Shown piece by piece: positions 1-8,011 of a stretch of DNA of 64,000 nt. How positions within the stretch are numbered: position 1 is the first letter of the stretch; every line of letters begins with the position of its first letter. The notes beneath the pieces were generated by a model. That model made no database searches. It was not told the origin of the DNA and saw only the letters and a program-made list of their open reading frames with translations. Both the position numbers and the translations under genes were made by a program. Source of the stretch: a virus. The DNA lies in IMG/VR virus record IMGVR_UViG_3300028800_000083. One strand, written 5' to 3'.

Positions 1-1
1 G

Positions 2-205
2 TACGAGCACGCGCAGGTCGTCGTCGAGCACCCCGACGGTAAGCTCTACCAGTTCGAGGTGCGCTACGACGACGAGCACGGCATCATCCCGTGCCTCAGT
101 CGGCCAAACGAGCTGACCGAGGCGGTCGAGGTCGAGGCGGTCGAGGTCGTGACGACCGTCTATCGTCCGAAGGGCACGGATGGCACGACGGGGGCATCTC
201 CGTGA
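2..205 (+). CDS. hypothetical protein, C-terminal fragment (5' end outside window)
   Basis: Frame 2 is open from the window edge to TGA at 203-205. Composition is coding-like (YEHAQVVVEHPDGKLYQFEVRYDDEHGIIP...). The stop overlaps the GTG start of the next ORF. Confidence 0.4.
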   Translation, partial: YEHAQVVVEHPDGKLYQFEVRYDDEHGIIPCLSRPNELTEAVEVEAVEVVTTVYRPKGTDGTTGASP

Positions 206-435
206 TCGGCGGTGTCCTGCGCGCGTTCGTCTTGCCGCTCGCGCTCGGTGCCTTGATCGTGCTGGCCGTGACCTGTACCTATTGGGTGATGGAGCCGCTG
301 CTCGCGAGCCGCACGGACTACGTCCGAGGTCTGTGGGAGGGGGCCGTCGTCGTGACGGTCGTCAACGCGGGGAACGCGATCGCGAGGCGCGTGATCAGGC
401 ATGTCGACGCACAGAAGGAGGACTCACGTGACTGA
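202..435 (+). CDS. small membrane protein (one predicted TM helix)
   Basis: GTG start at 202 overlaps the upstream stop (GTGA). Hydrophobic stretch VLRAFVLPLALGALIVLAV. Confidence 0.4.
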   Translation: MIGGVLRAFVLPLALGALIVLAVTCTYWVMEPLLASRTDYVRGLWEGAVVVTVVNAGNAIARRVIRHVDAQKEDSRD

Positions 436-1033
436 AGAATCGCGGCCCCAGTGGTCTGACGAGGTCGTCGCCGAGAGCTTCCGTGCCGAGGTCCGCGCGC
501 GCTTCGAGGCGCACAACGTCGCGTACCGCGCGCGTGAGGCGGCCGAGCTGGAGGCGGTGTTGCTCGAGCATCCCGACAAGCGCGGGCAGCCCGGCTACGA
601 GGTCCGCGACAGCCTTGCTTGGTACGTGTACCAAGCGTCCGAGGTCCGGATCGACCGGAACTCGGTGTCGATCGTCCTGCCGCGCGGGATCCACATCGGG
701 GTCGACCTCATCTACATGTTCGACCACACCACCGTGGCTGGGGGGAGTCTTTCGATCGGCGCGACGATCGTCGATGGCGAGGCGCGGGCCACGATCGAGA
801 TCATGCTCGTCGCCACCTGGGACGATGCGATGGACGTCGCGTGGCGCAAGGAGGGCCACGATCGCAAGCACGTTTTCGTCGAGCTCTTCGAGGACGACGT
901 TCACACCCTCTGCGGTTTGATTGACGCGCGCGCCGACGCGGACGCCGAGGCTCTGAAGGTCCGCTCCGACGCGGACACCGAGGTGCTGAAGATTCGCGCC
1001 CGGTTGAAACTGGCATTGGAGGTCCTGTCATGA
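428..1033 (+). CDS. hypothetical protein
   Basis: GAAGGAGG Shine-Dalgarno sits 6 nt upstream of GTG at 428 (alternative ATG at 401). 201 aa with coding-like composition. Confidence 0.55.
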   Translation: MTEESRPQWSDEVVAESFRAEVRARFEAHNVAYRAREAAELEAVLLEHPDKRGQPGYEVRDSLAWYVYQASEVRIDRNSVSIVLPRGIHIGVDLIYMFDHTTVAGGSLSIGATIVDGEARATIEIMLVATWDDAMDVAWRKEGHDRKHVFVELFEDDVHTLCGLIDARADADAEALKVRSDADTEVLKIRARLKLALEVLS

Positions 1034-1287
1034 ACGACGCGCTGCCGCTGCCCCCACCTCCCGGCGTCCGTGTCGACTCCTACGGAGACCACTACCCGGT
1101 CGCCGTCACCGCGCAGATCGTCGACGTCGGGGACCCGGACCGTTGGCGCCTCTTCATTGACACGTGGACCTACGACGCTGTTCGAGGGCTGTGGTCGCGC
1201 TCGTCGTTTGGTGACGGGCTCACGTCGACTGAGGTGCGAAGGCTCTTCGAGCACGTGACCAAGCACGCACCTGGGGTCCTGCCGTGA
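1030..1287 (+). CDS. hypothetical protein
   Basis: ATGA overlap with the upstream stop; 85 aa. Confidence 0.5.
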   Translation: MNDALPLPPPPGVRVDSYGDHYPVAVTAQIVDVGDPDRWRLFIDTWTYDAVRGLWSRSSFGDGLTSTEVRRLFEHVTKHAPGVLP

Positions 1288-1622
1288 GCCGCCGCGTGTT
1301 CACGCAGGCTGAGCGCTGGAGCCGCGCGATCGACGGCGGAGCGGACGTCTACGGCGAGGACTCGTGCGCCTACTGTGGGCGTCCCGTGCGCCCGGAAGCT
1401 GTTCGCCTGTACACGGCGCGCACGAACGACGGCGAGTGGTGGCTCGTGTCCGCGGACGAGGACCTCGCGGGCGCTGAGTGGAAGGACTTCCAGACCCAGC
1501 TCAACGGTAGCCGCGCGCCGACGCTCTTGCCGGTCGGTCCCGACTGTCTGCGCGATCACCCGGAGTTCGCCTTCGCGGTGGCCGAGTACGCGGGGAGCGG
1601 CCGGAGCCGGAGGACCTCGTGA
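1284..1622 (+). CDS. hypothetical protein (CxxC pair)
   Basis: GTG start in a GTGA overlap with the upstream gene; 112 aa; contains CAYCG. Confidence 0.5.
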   Translation: MSRRVFTQAERWSRAIDGGADVYGEDSCAYCGRPVRPEAVRLYTARTNDGEWWLVSADEDLAGAEWKDFQTQLNGSRAPTLLPVGPDCLRDHPEFAFAVAEYAGSGRSRRTS

Positions 1623-1828
1623 CGCGCGGATCGGGGGTCCACGACGACGTCTCGAGGCACTTCGGAGTGTGCTCGCAGTGCGCGAGCGTCCAGCCGGAGA
1701 GCGTCCGTGTCGCGCAGCCTGAGGCGCTTCGGCGGACCGTCCCCGACGACGTGCTCGTCAAGCTGTGCCTCGCCGGCCGGTCGATCTATCGGGCGTACCT
1801 GCGCTGGCTCGCGGAGCCCGACGAGTGA
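1619..1828 (+). CDS. hypothetical small protein
   Basis: Start overlaps the upstream stop; 69 aa; contains CSQC. Confidence 0.4.
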   Translation: MTRGSGVHDDVSRHFGVCSQCASVQPESVRVAQPEALRRTVPDDVLVKLCLAGRSIYRAYLRWLAEPDE

Positions 1829-1986
1829 GCGCCTCCAGCCGCGACTACGACCGGGACCGGGCCCTCTACGACTACGCGGTCCGGCGGGCGCTGTCCGTGT
1901 TGGTCGGCTATGCCGCGTGCCGCGGTCGGGGCTGGCACCATCTCGCCGACGGTGAGGTGATCGTCGCCGCGGAGATGGAGCTGTGA
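1825..1986 (+). CDS. hypothetical small protein
   Basis: GTG at 1825 overlaps TGA at 1826-1828; 53 aa; continues the chain of coupled ORFs. Confidence 0.3.
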   Translation: MSASSRDYDRDRALYDYAVRRALSVLVGYAACRGRGWHHLADGEVIVAAEMEL

Positions 1987-2162
1987 CGGCCGACGAGGTG
2001 ACAAGGGCCCCTGTGCGCGTGCTGCCGTGTCCCTTCTGCGGCGGGGCTGGCCATCGGTCCGCGCACGAGCACGAGCGCGGCATCGCTGTAGTCTTGGTGC
2101 TGGGACGAAGTCGGGCCGTGGCCGTGGCCGTGGCGCAGCGATCAGCGAGGATCGTCAGCTGA
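1983..2162 (+). CDS. hypothetical small protein (CPFCGG zinc-ribbon-like)
   Basis: GTG at 1983 overlaps the upstream stop; 59 aa; ends just before the first CRISPR-like repeat. Confidence 0.3.
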   Translation: MTADEVTRAPVRVLPCPFCGGAGHRSAHEHERGIAVVLVLGRSRAVAVAVAQRSARIVS

Positions 2163-2179
2163 TCAGATCAGGTGATGCT

Positions 2180-2887
2180 GTCGAGACCACGACGAGGTCT
2201 CGCATCGATTGCGCCGTTCTAGCTTTCTAGCTTGTTATGCAGGTACTTCTGTCGAGACCACAGCGCGGTTTCGCATCGATCGCGCCGGGCGCCGGGCGCC
2301 GAGCGCACCGGTCCCCACTCCGAGGTCGAGACCATCGCGAGGTCTCGCATCGAGCACGCCCGCTTCCGTGTCTCCTCTACGTCGAGACGTCGAGACCATC
2401 GCGAGGTCTCGCATCTCTCGCAGCGCTTGCGCTGATCTGTGCGTCCGTGCGTCCATCCCTCTACGTCGAGACCACAGCGAGGTCGCGCATTTATCGTTAC
2501 GTGCTTGTGCTTGAGCGAGAAGCGAGAACGGTCCGGGGTCCGGGGTCCCGTGTCCTGTGTCCCGTTATCCGACGCCGACGCCGACGCCCGACGCCTTGTG
2601 GACTTTGTCGAGTGTCGAGACCCGAGACCCCAGTGAGGTCTCGCAGCGGTGATCTTCGTGCGCACGTCGTCTTCGAGACCACCGCGAGGTCTCGCATTGA
2701 TCATTGATCGCGCCAGGCACCAGGTAGCGGCTCTTCGCTCTCCGCTCTCCGTCTCCGTCGACTCAGCGATGATCCAGTCGAGACCACAGCGAGGTCTCGC
2801 ATCGAGATCGCGTTGGCGAATCCACCGATTCACCTCAAGAACGTAAGCGTTGTCGAGACCACAGCAAGGTCTCGCATCGTTCGGCAC
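2180..2887 (-). CRISPR. decayed CRISPR remnant with B-type repeats (~10 degenerate units)
   Basis: Units such as gtcgagaccacgacgaggtctcgcatcgattgcgcc and gtcgagaccacagcgaggtctcgcatcgagatcgcg recur at irregular 60-90-nt spacing. They are clearly derived from the array B consensus and are heavily mutated. The remnant abuts the first A-type repeat at 2909. Confidence 0.6.
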
Positions 2888-2908
2888 TACACACTACACG
2901 GTCAAGAA

Positions 2909-5821
2909 GTCTCGGTTGTTAACCAACCGAGCGGGTACGATCATAGGGTGTCCCTTAGAGCCTTAGACAGTGCAGTAGCTTCCTGTCTCAGCCGTCAACC
3001 GGCTGAGCAAGTGCGACCAAGGGCCTCGGGCCTCGGGCTTGTGCCCCTCGGGCCTCGGGCCTCGGGGGTCGGGGAGAATGCACGGACTCCCACTCGTCTC
3101 GGGCGTCGACCGACCGAGCAAGTCTTGCGGTTTGCGGTGTGCCGGTGTGCCGGTGTGCCGGTGTGCCGTGTGCCGTTGCTCAAGTCCCGGTCGTCAACCG
3201 GCCGAGTGACCGAGTCTCATGGCACTGCGCTGTAATCCCCTTGCTGTCTCGGTCGTCAACCGACCAAGCAGGTACTCTCGCTACATGCACATGCGCGCAC
3301 TGGCACTCACTGACGTCAACCGTCCGTCTGAGCGTCTGAGCTGCAACAAGCTCAAGGCTGGTCTCGGACGTCAACCGTCCGAGCAGGCGCGATCACTCCG
3401 AAGCTCCGTAGGCATAGCTGTCTCGGACGTCGGACGTCAACCGTTCGAGCAGGTGTCGATCATCCGCACGAGTGTCGAGTGTCGAGTGTCGAGCGCAAAC
3501 TCGGGATTCTCTGTCTCGGACGTCAACCGTCCGAGCAGGTGCGATCACCTACCAGGGTGAGAGATGGAAACAATCTCCGTCTCGGGCGTCAACCGTCCGA
3601 GCAGGTGCGATCACTCTCATAGATCACGTGCTCCAGCCTCCAGCCTCCAGCCTCCAGCCTCCAGCCTCCAGACGTCGGATCAGGCTCGTCTCGGACGTCA
3701 ACCGTCCGAGCAGGTGCGATCACCTGCCCCCCTGCCCCCCGCAGAGGCCGCAGAGGCGCAAGAACTCTCTCGCCAGTCTCGGACGTCAACCGTCCGAGCA
3801 GGTGCGATCACAGGCAGGTTCTCGCCTGGCTCCCGGCTCCCGGCTCCCGGCTCCACCTAACCAAGGTGTCTCGGACGTTAACCGTCCGAGCAGGTGCGAT
3901 CACCCGCTCGCTGAGCGTGAGCGTGAGCGGCCGATCGTAGCGGGTGTCTCGGACGTCAACCGTCCGAGCAGGTGCGATCACACGCGAGCATCGGGTGGCG
4001 CTGGCCCTCTCTAAACAATGCGTCTCGGACGTCAATCGTCCGAGCAGGTGCGATCATCTTCTGGACGCACGACGACAGATTCGGGATTCGGGTTGGCCCA
4101 GTCTCGGACGTTAACCGTCCGAGCCGCATCCCATGCGGCAGCGGCCCGATCCCTTGTCTCGGACGTCAACCGTCCGAGCAGGTGCGATCACCTCGCACGG
4201 GCGCGCGAGCCGTGAGGCCGTGAGCCGTCGATCGAGCTCAAGTCTCGGACGTCAACCGTCCGAGCAGGTGCGATCACTTGTGCGCGCGCATGCCGCGGGC
4301 GGCGGGCGGCGCGTGGTCTCGAACGTCAACCGTCCGAGCAGGTGCGATCACACGACGACGAATCAGCAGGCAAGGATAACTGCTGGTCTCGGACGTCAAC
4401 CGTCCGAGCAGGTGCGATCACAGGGGACGGACATCTTCGTGTTCGATCTTGGCACGCCTCGACCTCGAGCCACCTATAGTCTCGGACGTCAACCGTCCGA
4501 GCAGGTGCGATCACAAGCCACCCGCGACGCCTACGCGATGGAGCGTCGAGTCTCGGACGTCAACCGTCCGAGCGTCCGAGCAGGTGCGATCACACGCGCT
4601 GTACATCGGCCCCGGCGAGAAGTTCCGGTCTCGGACGTCAACCGTCCGAGCAGGTGCGATCACACGCGACCCGTGACCCGTTGCGCGAACGCGCGAACGG
4701 AACGGCCGGCTCCTCGTCTCGGACGTCAACCGTCCGAGCAGGTGCGATCACGCTCGGCGGCCAGCTGATCAGCACGCGCGATCGCTTGTCTCGGACGTCA
4801 ACCGTCCGAGCAGGTGCGATCACAATTGGCGATCAGTTGCGCGCGGCTGCGCGCTCGTCTCGGACGTCAACCATCCGAGCAGGTGCGATCACCCGCAGTT
4901 CGGGCAGGGAGCGTCCTCAAAGATCTGTCTGTCTCGGACGTCAACCGTCCGAGCAGATGCGATCACCTTCGACCGGTAGCGCGAGCGCTCGGGTACTTGT
5001 GGTCTCGGACGTCAACCGTCCGAGCAGGTGCGATCACGCGTCTCGACGGGGTAGCGCACCGAAATGGTCCGGGTCTCGGACGTCAACCGTCCGAGCAGGT
5101 GCGATCACGAGGTCAGCCGGTGTCCCAAATGCGGCGCCTTCGGGTCTCGGACGTCAACCGTCCGAGCAGGTGCGATCACTTGTGACGCATGTGCTCGCGG
5201 CTGGCAGCACTCAGTCTCGGACGTCAACCGTCCGAGCAGGTGCGATCACAGGATCACGCGCGTCGCCTCGTTAATCAGTCCGTCGTCTCGGACGTCAACC
5301 GTCCGAGCAGGTGCGATCATGCGAGAGCCGTGCCCGTCTGAATCACGATCTCCCAGCGTCTCGGACGTCAACCGTCCGAGCAGGTGCGATCACCGGCCGG
5401 GCGAAGCTTACCCGTTCAACTATCGAGTGTGGTCTCGGACGTCAACCGTCCGAGCAGGTGCGATCACAGGTGCCGCCTTTTGCTGCGTGTACAGGCGTTG
5501 GCTGTCTCGGACGTCAACCGTCCGAGCAGGTGCGATCACTCACCCATCGGACTGGCCAGTCCCTGGAGATCGGGTCTCGGACGTCAACCGTCCGAGCAGG
5601 TGCGATCACACGTCGTGACCGATCTAGCGATGACTAATCGGTTCGTCTCGGACGTCAACCGTCCGAGCAGGTGCGATCACCCTCGGCGCTGCGCGTAGCT
5701 GGTCTGCCCGTCTAGTCTCGGACGTCAACCGTCCGAGCAGGTGCGATCACTCGCAGCAGGCGATCCTCAAGCTGGCGCGGCCGATGTCTCGGACGTCAAC
5801 CGTCCGAGCAGGTGCGATCAC
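2909..5821 (-). CRISPR. CRISPR array A, ~40 units, 36-nt repeat GTCTCGGACGTCAACCGTCCGAGCAGGTGCGATCAC (plus-strand reading)
   Basis: Regular ~71-72-nt period with unique 34-36-nt spacers between 3361 and 5821. Repeats are degenerate and spacers irregular in 2909-3350, so that is the old end and the effector-proximal right end is the young end. The repeat contains the inverted repeat CTCGGACG/CGTCCGAG. On the minus strand the hairpin sits at the 3' end of the repeat next to the spacer, which is the type V-like arrangement. Strand is inferred. Confidence 0.9.
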
Positions 5822-5970
5822 CGGAGTTTCTTATTCAGTTGTCAAAGAAGGCACTTGCATCCTTCGATGCAGGCACCGGTAGCTTTACTCCACGCTCGTG
5901 CGTGTCGCGAGGGAGGACCCCTCTGAATGCTGCTGTACGGCCTGAGGTTTCGGGGGCGCATGAACCTCTT
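5822..5970 (-). promoter_or_regulatory. candidate leader or intergenic region between effector A 3' end and array A
   Basis: 149-bp stretch with lower GC (cggagtttcttattcagttgtcaaagaagg...) directly flanking the best-conserved terminal repeat. Contains the hairpin TGCATCcttcGATGCA at 5856-5871. Confidence 0.35.
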
Positions 5971-7908
5971 CTACGCGGCACGCCGCACCTGCGGCACCGG
6001 ACCGCTCGACAAGCCGTGCCTGTGGAGGAGGTTGCGCGCGGCGTTCGCGTCCTGGTCCCAGGTCCGAATGCACGACGAGCAGGTGTGCTCGATCGAGGCT
6101 GCCGCGTCGAACGCCTCGACCGAGCCGCACCACGCGCACGCCTTGGTCGAGTCCGCGGCCTGCTCGGCCTCGACGCGGGCGCCGCGTTTGGGGGCGGCCT
6201 TGAGGATCTCGGCGCGAAGCTCGCCGGGAGCTGCAAGGCGGCTCATGCGGCGCTGCTCGCGCCCGTCGGACGGGTCGCCGTCCTCCGGCGCGGGCTGCTC
6301 CCAGCCGTCGACCTCGGTGAGCTTCATCGAGGTGTCGTGGTTCGACCCGCTCTCGATCAGGATCGTCGCGTAGCGGGCGGTGAGCTCGGCGGCGATCACG
6401 CGCCACACCTCACGGCGGTGGGCGATCAAGCGATCGCGCTGGTGCTCCTCCCAGTTCTGGAGGTGTCGATCTTGGCGCGCCCACGCCTGGAGCACGGCGA
6501 GGATCGGACCGTCGCCGTCGATGCGGTTGGCCGTCGAGCCGAAGTCCGAAGGGTTGCACTTCTTGCCCTCGGCGCGAGCGACGCGCCAGGCGTCCCAGTC
6601 GATCCCAGTCCAAGCGTCGACGAGGGAGGCGAGCTTGCGGGGGGCGCGCCACTGCGCCAGGCTGCCGACGCGCTCGGCCATCCACGCGGGGGTCTCCCGG
6701 TCGAGCAGCCAGGCCGCGAGGCGGTCGCGCGCGGTCTCGAACTCCTTGTCGCGGATCGACGCCAGGTCGTGGACCTTGGCCATTCCCGTCAGCAGATCGT
6801 CGGGCACACGGATCTCGCGCTCGTGCCCGTGCTCGTCGACGAGGTAACCAACGCGCAGACCGACCTGCACGCCCTGGGCGTCGAACAGCCGCCGCCAGCC
6901 CAGGTCGATCGCGCAGGTCCCCTCGCCGATCGCCACCGGGCAGGCACGAAAGCGCTCGCTCTCGAGCGTGAGCTGGAACCTCCACTCGTAGTGACGGCCG
7001 ACGCGCTTGCGCACGACGTACGCCCACTTGATCACCGCGTCCTTCGGGATGGGTCGGTGGAGGGTGAGGGGGAAGCGCGCGAAGATCGGCTTCCGGTCAG
7101 GGTGGCTGCCGACGCGCAGGTCGACGTACGTCCGTGCCGCGTGACGGCGCAGGTTGCGCGGGAGGCACGCGGCCTCCTCCCACGTGGCGCACGCTCCGAC
7201 CTCGGCGCGCGGGTGCTTGTCGGCGAGACCAGGGGTCCCCAGCCGGAGCCGGGAGTCCTGCTGCGACAGCAGCTCGCTGACGGTCATGCCGTAGATTCCC
7301 GGGGCGCCGTCGCGCGCGATGAGCTGCGTGCCGATCGATCCGGTCCCGTCGTAGCGCTCGAAGTGGAGCGGGCGCTTCGCCGTCTTGACGGCCTGCTTGA
7401 CCGAGTTCTCGACGCGGTCGTAGGTGCCGGTGCGCAGTCCTCGCTCGATGAAGGCGCGGCGGGCCTCCTTGCGGCGCAGCGCCGTGAGCGCGCGCGCGGC
7501 CTCGTAGCCCGGCTGGAGCTGCGCCGCGCGAGACGCCTTGGCCTCGCGCAGCTCCGCGCCGCACAGGGCGCGGAGGTCCTTGGCGCGGGCGAGCACCTCG
7601 CGCTCCGCCGTCAGGTCCGGGGCAGCGACGCCGGACTTCGCGGCCCGCAGGTCGTCGTAGGCGTCGTCGACGGCACCCGCCGCGTCCTCGTAGTCGCGGA
7701 GGGCCGCACCGACGATCGGATCCGCGAGCTGGACGCCGCGGAGGTCGTCCCAGAGCTTGTGCTCGATCTCGACGAGCGTGTTGCGGTACTGGTGCGCGAG
7801 GCGGAACTGCTCTTCGACGCGGTTCACCTCGGTGATCGGAGGCAGGCAGCGGTACGAGTAGATCCGGGTCGGGACGTCGGAAGTCTTCTTCCTGGGCTGT
7901 CGCGGCAT
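5971..7908 (-). CDS. TnpB-like RuvC nuclease, putative type V CRISPR effector (Cas12-family, subtype unresolved), copy A
   Basis: ~646 aa from ATG at 7908; the longer in-frame ORF reaches 7980. TnpB-like N-terminus (PTRIYSYRCLPP). RuvC-I is AIDLGW, with the Asp codon GAC at 6904-6906. RuvC-II is ILIESG. Zinc finger CAWCG..(14)..CSSC is followed by RuvC-III DQDANAARNLL. A 40-unit array lies 150 bp downstream on the same strand. Confidence 0.75.
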   Translation of the reverse strand: MPRQPRKKTSDVPTRIYSYRCLPPITEVNRVEEQFRLAHQYRNTLVEIEHKLWDDLRGVQLADPIVGAALRDYEDAAGAVDDAYDDLRAAKSGVAAPDLTAEREVLARAKDLRALCGAELREAKASRAAQLQPGYEAARALTALRRKEARRAFIERGLRTGTYDRVENSVKQAVKTAKRPLHFERYDGTGSIGTQLIARDGAPGIYGMTVSELLSQQDSRLRLGTPGLADKHPRAEVGACATWEEAACLPRNLRRHAARTYVDLRVGSHPDRKPIFARFPLTLHRPIPKDAVIKWAYVVRKRVGRHYEWRFQLTLESERFRACPVAIGEGTCAIDLGWRRLFDAQGVQVGLRVGYLVDEHGHEREIRVPDDLLTGMAKVHDLASIRDKEFETARDRLAAWLLDRETPAWMAERVGSLAQWRAPRKLASLVDAWTGIDWDAWRVARAEGKKCNPSDFGSTANRIDGDGPILAVLQAWARQDRHLQNWEEHQRDRLIAHRREVWRVIAAELTARYATILIESGSNHDTSMKLTEVDGWEQPAPEDGDPSDGREQRRMSRLAAPGELRAEILKAAPKRGARVEAEQAADSTKACAWCGSVEAFDAAASIEHTCSSCIRTWDQDANAARNLLHRHGLSSGPVPQVRRAA

Positions 7909-7920
7909 CCGTGAATGGCT

Positions 7921-7948
7921 AACAGGATGATAGACGTTTTGCAAGGCT
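7921..7948. promoter_or_regulatory. conserved motif copy 1 (GCTAACAGGATGATAGACGTTTTGCAAG), 13-40 bp upstream of effector A ATG
   Basis: A 28-nt identity with the copy at 18211-18238 and 21 nt shared with the copy at 22314-22334. On the minus strand it reads TTGCAA-N17-TAGCCA and ends 13 nt before ATG 7908. Confidence 0.45.
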
Positions 7949-8011
7949 TCGTGACGGCGGTCCCCCTGGGACAGAGTCACTACCCCGGAGCGTACACGGC
8001 GTCCGATTCAC

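Noticed and set aside
3472-5698. Many 100-200-aa ORFs inside array A (e.g. 4133..4768, 4654..5274) and array B (e.g. 12457..13317, 14026..14775)
   Set aside because: They are periodic translations of CRISPR repeats (VSDVNRPSRCDH / RDHREVSHRSC units), not genes.
5812-7914. 700-aa plus-strand ORF
   Set aside because: It is the antisense shadow of effector A. It is Ala/Arg/Gly/Leu-rich, as expected for the reverse strand of a high-GC gene, and the minus-strand frame has the conserved TnpB/RuvC motifs.
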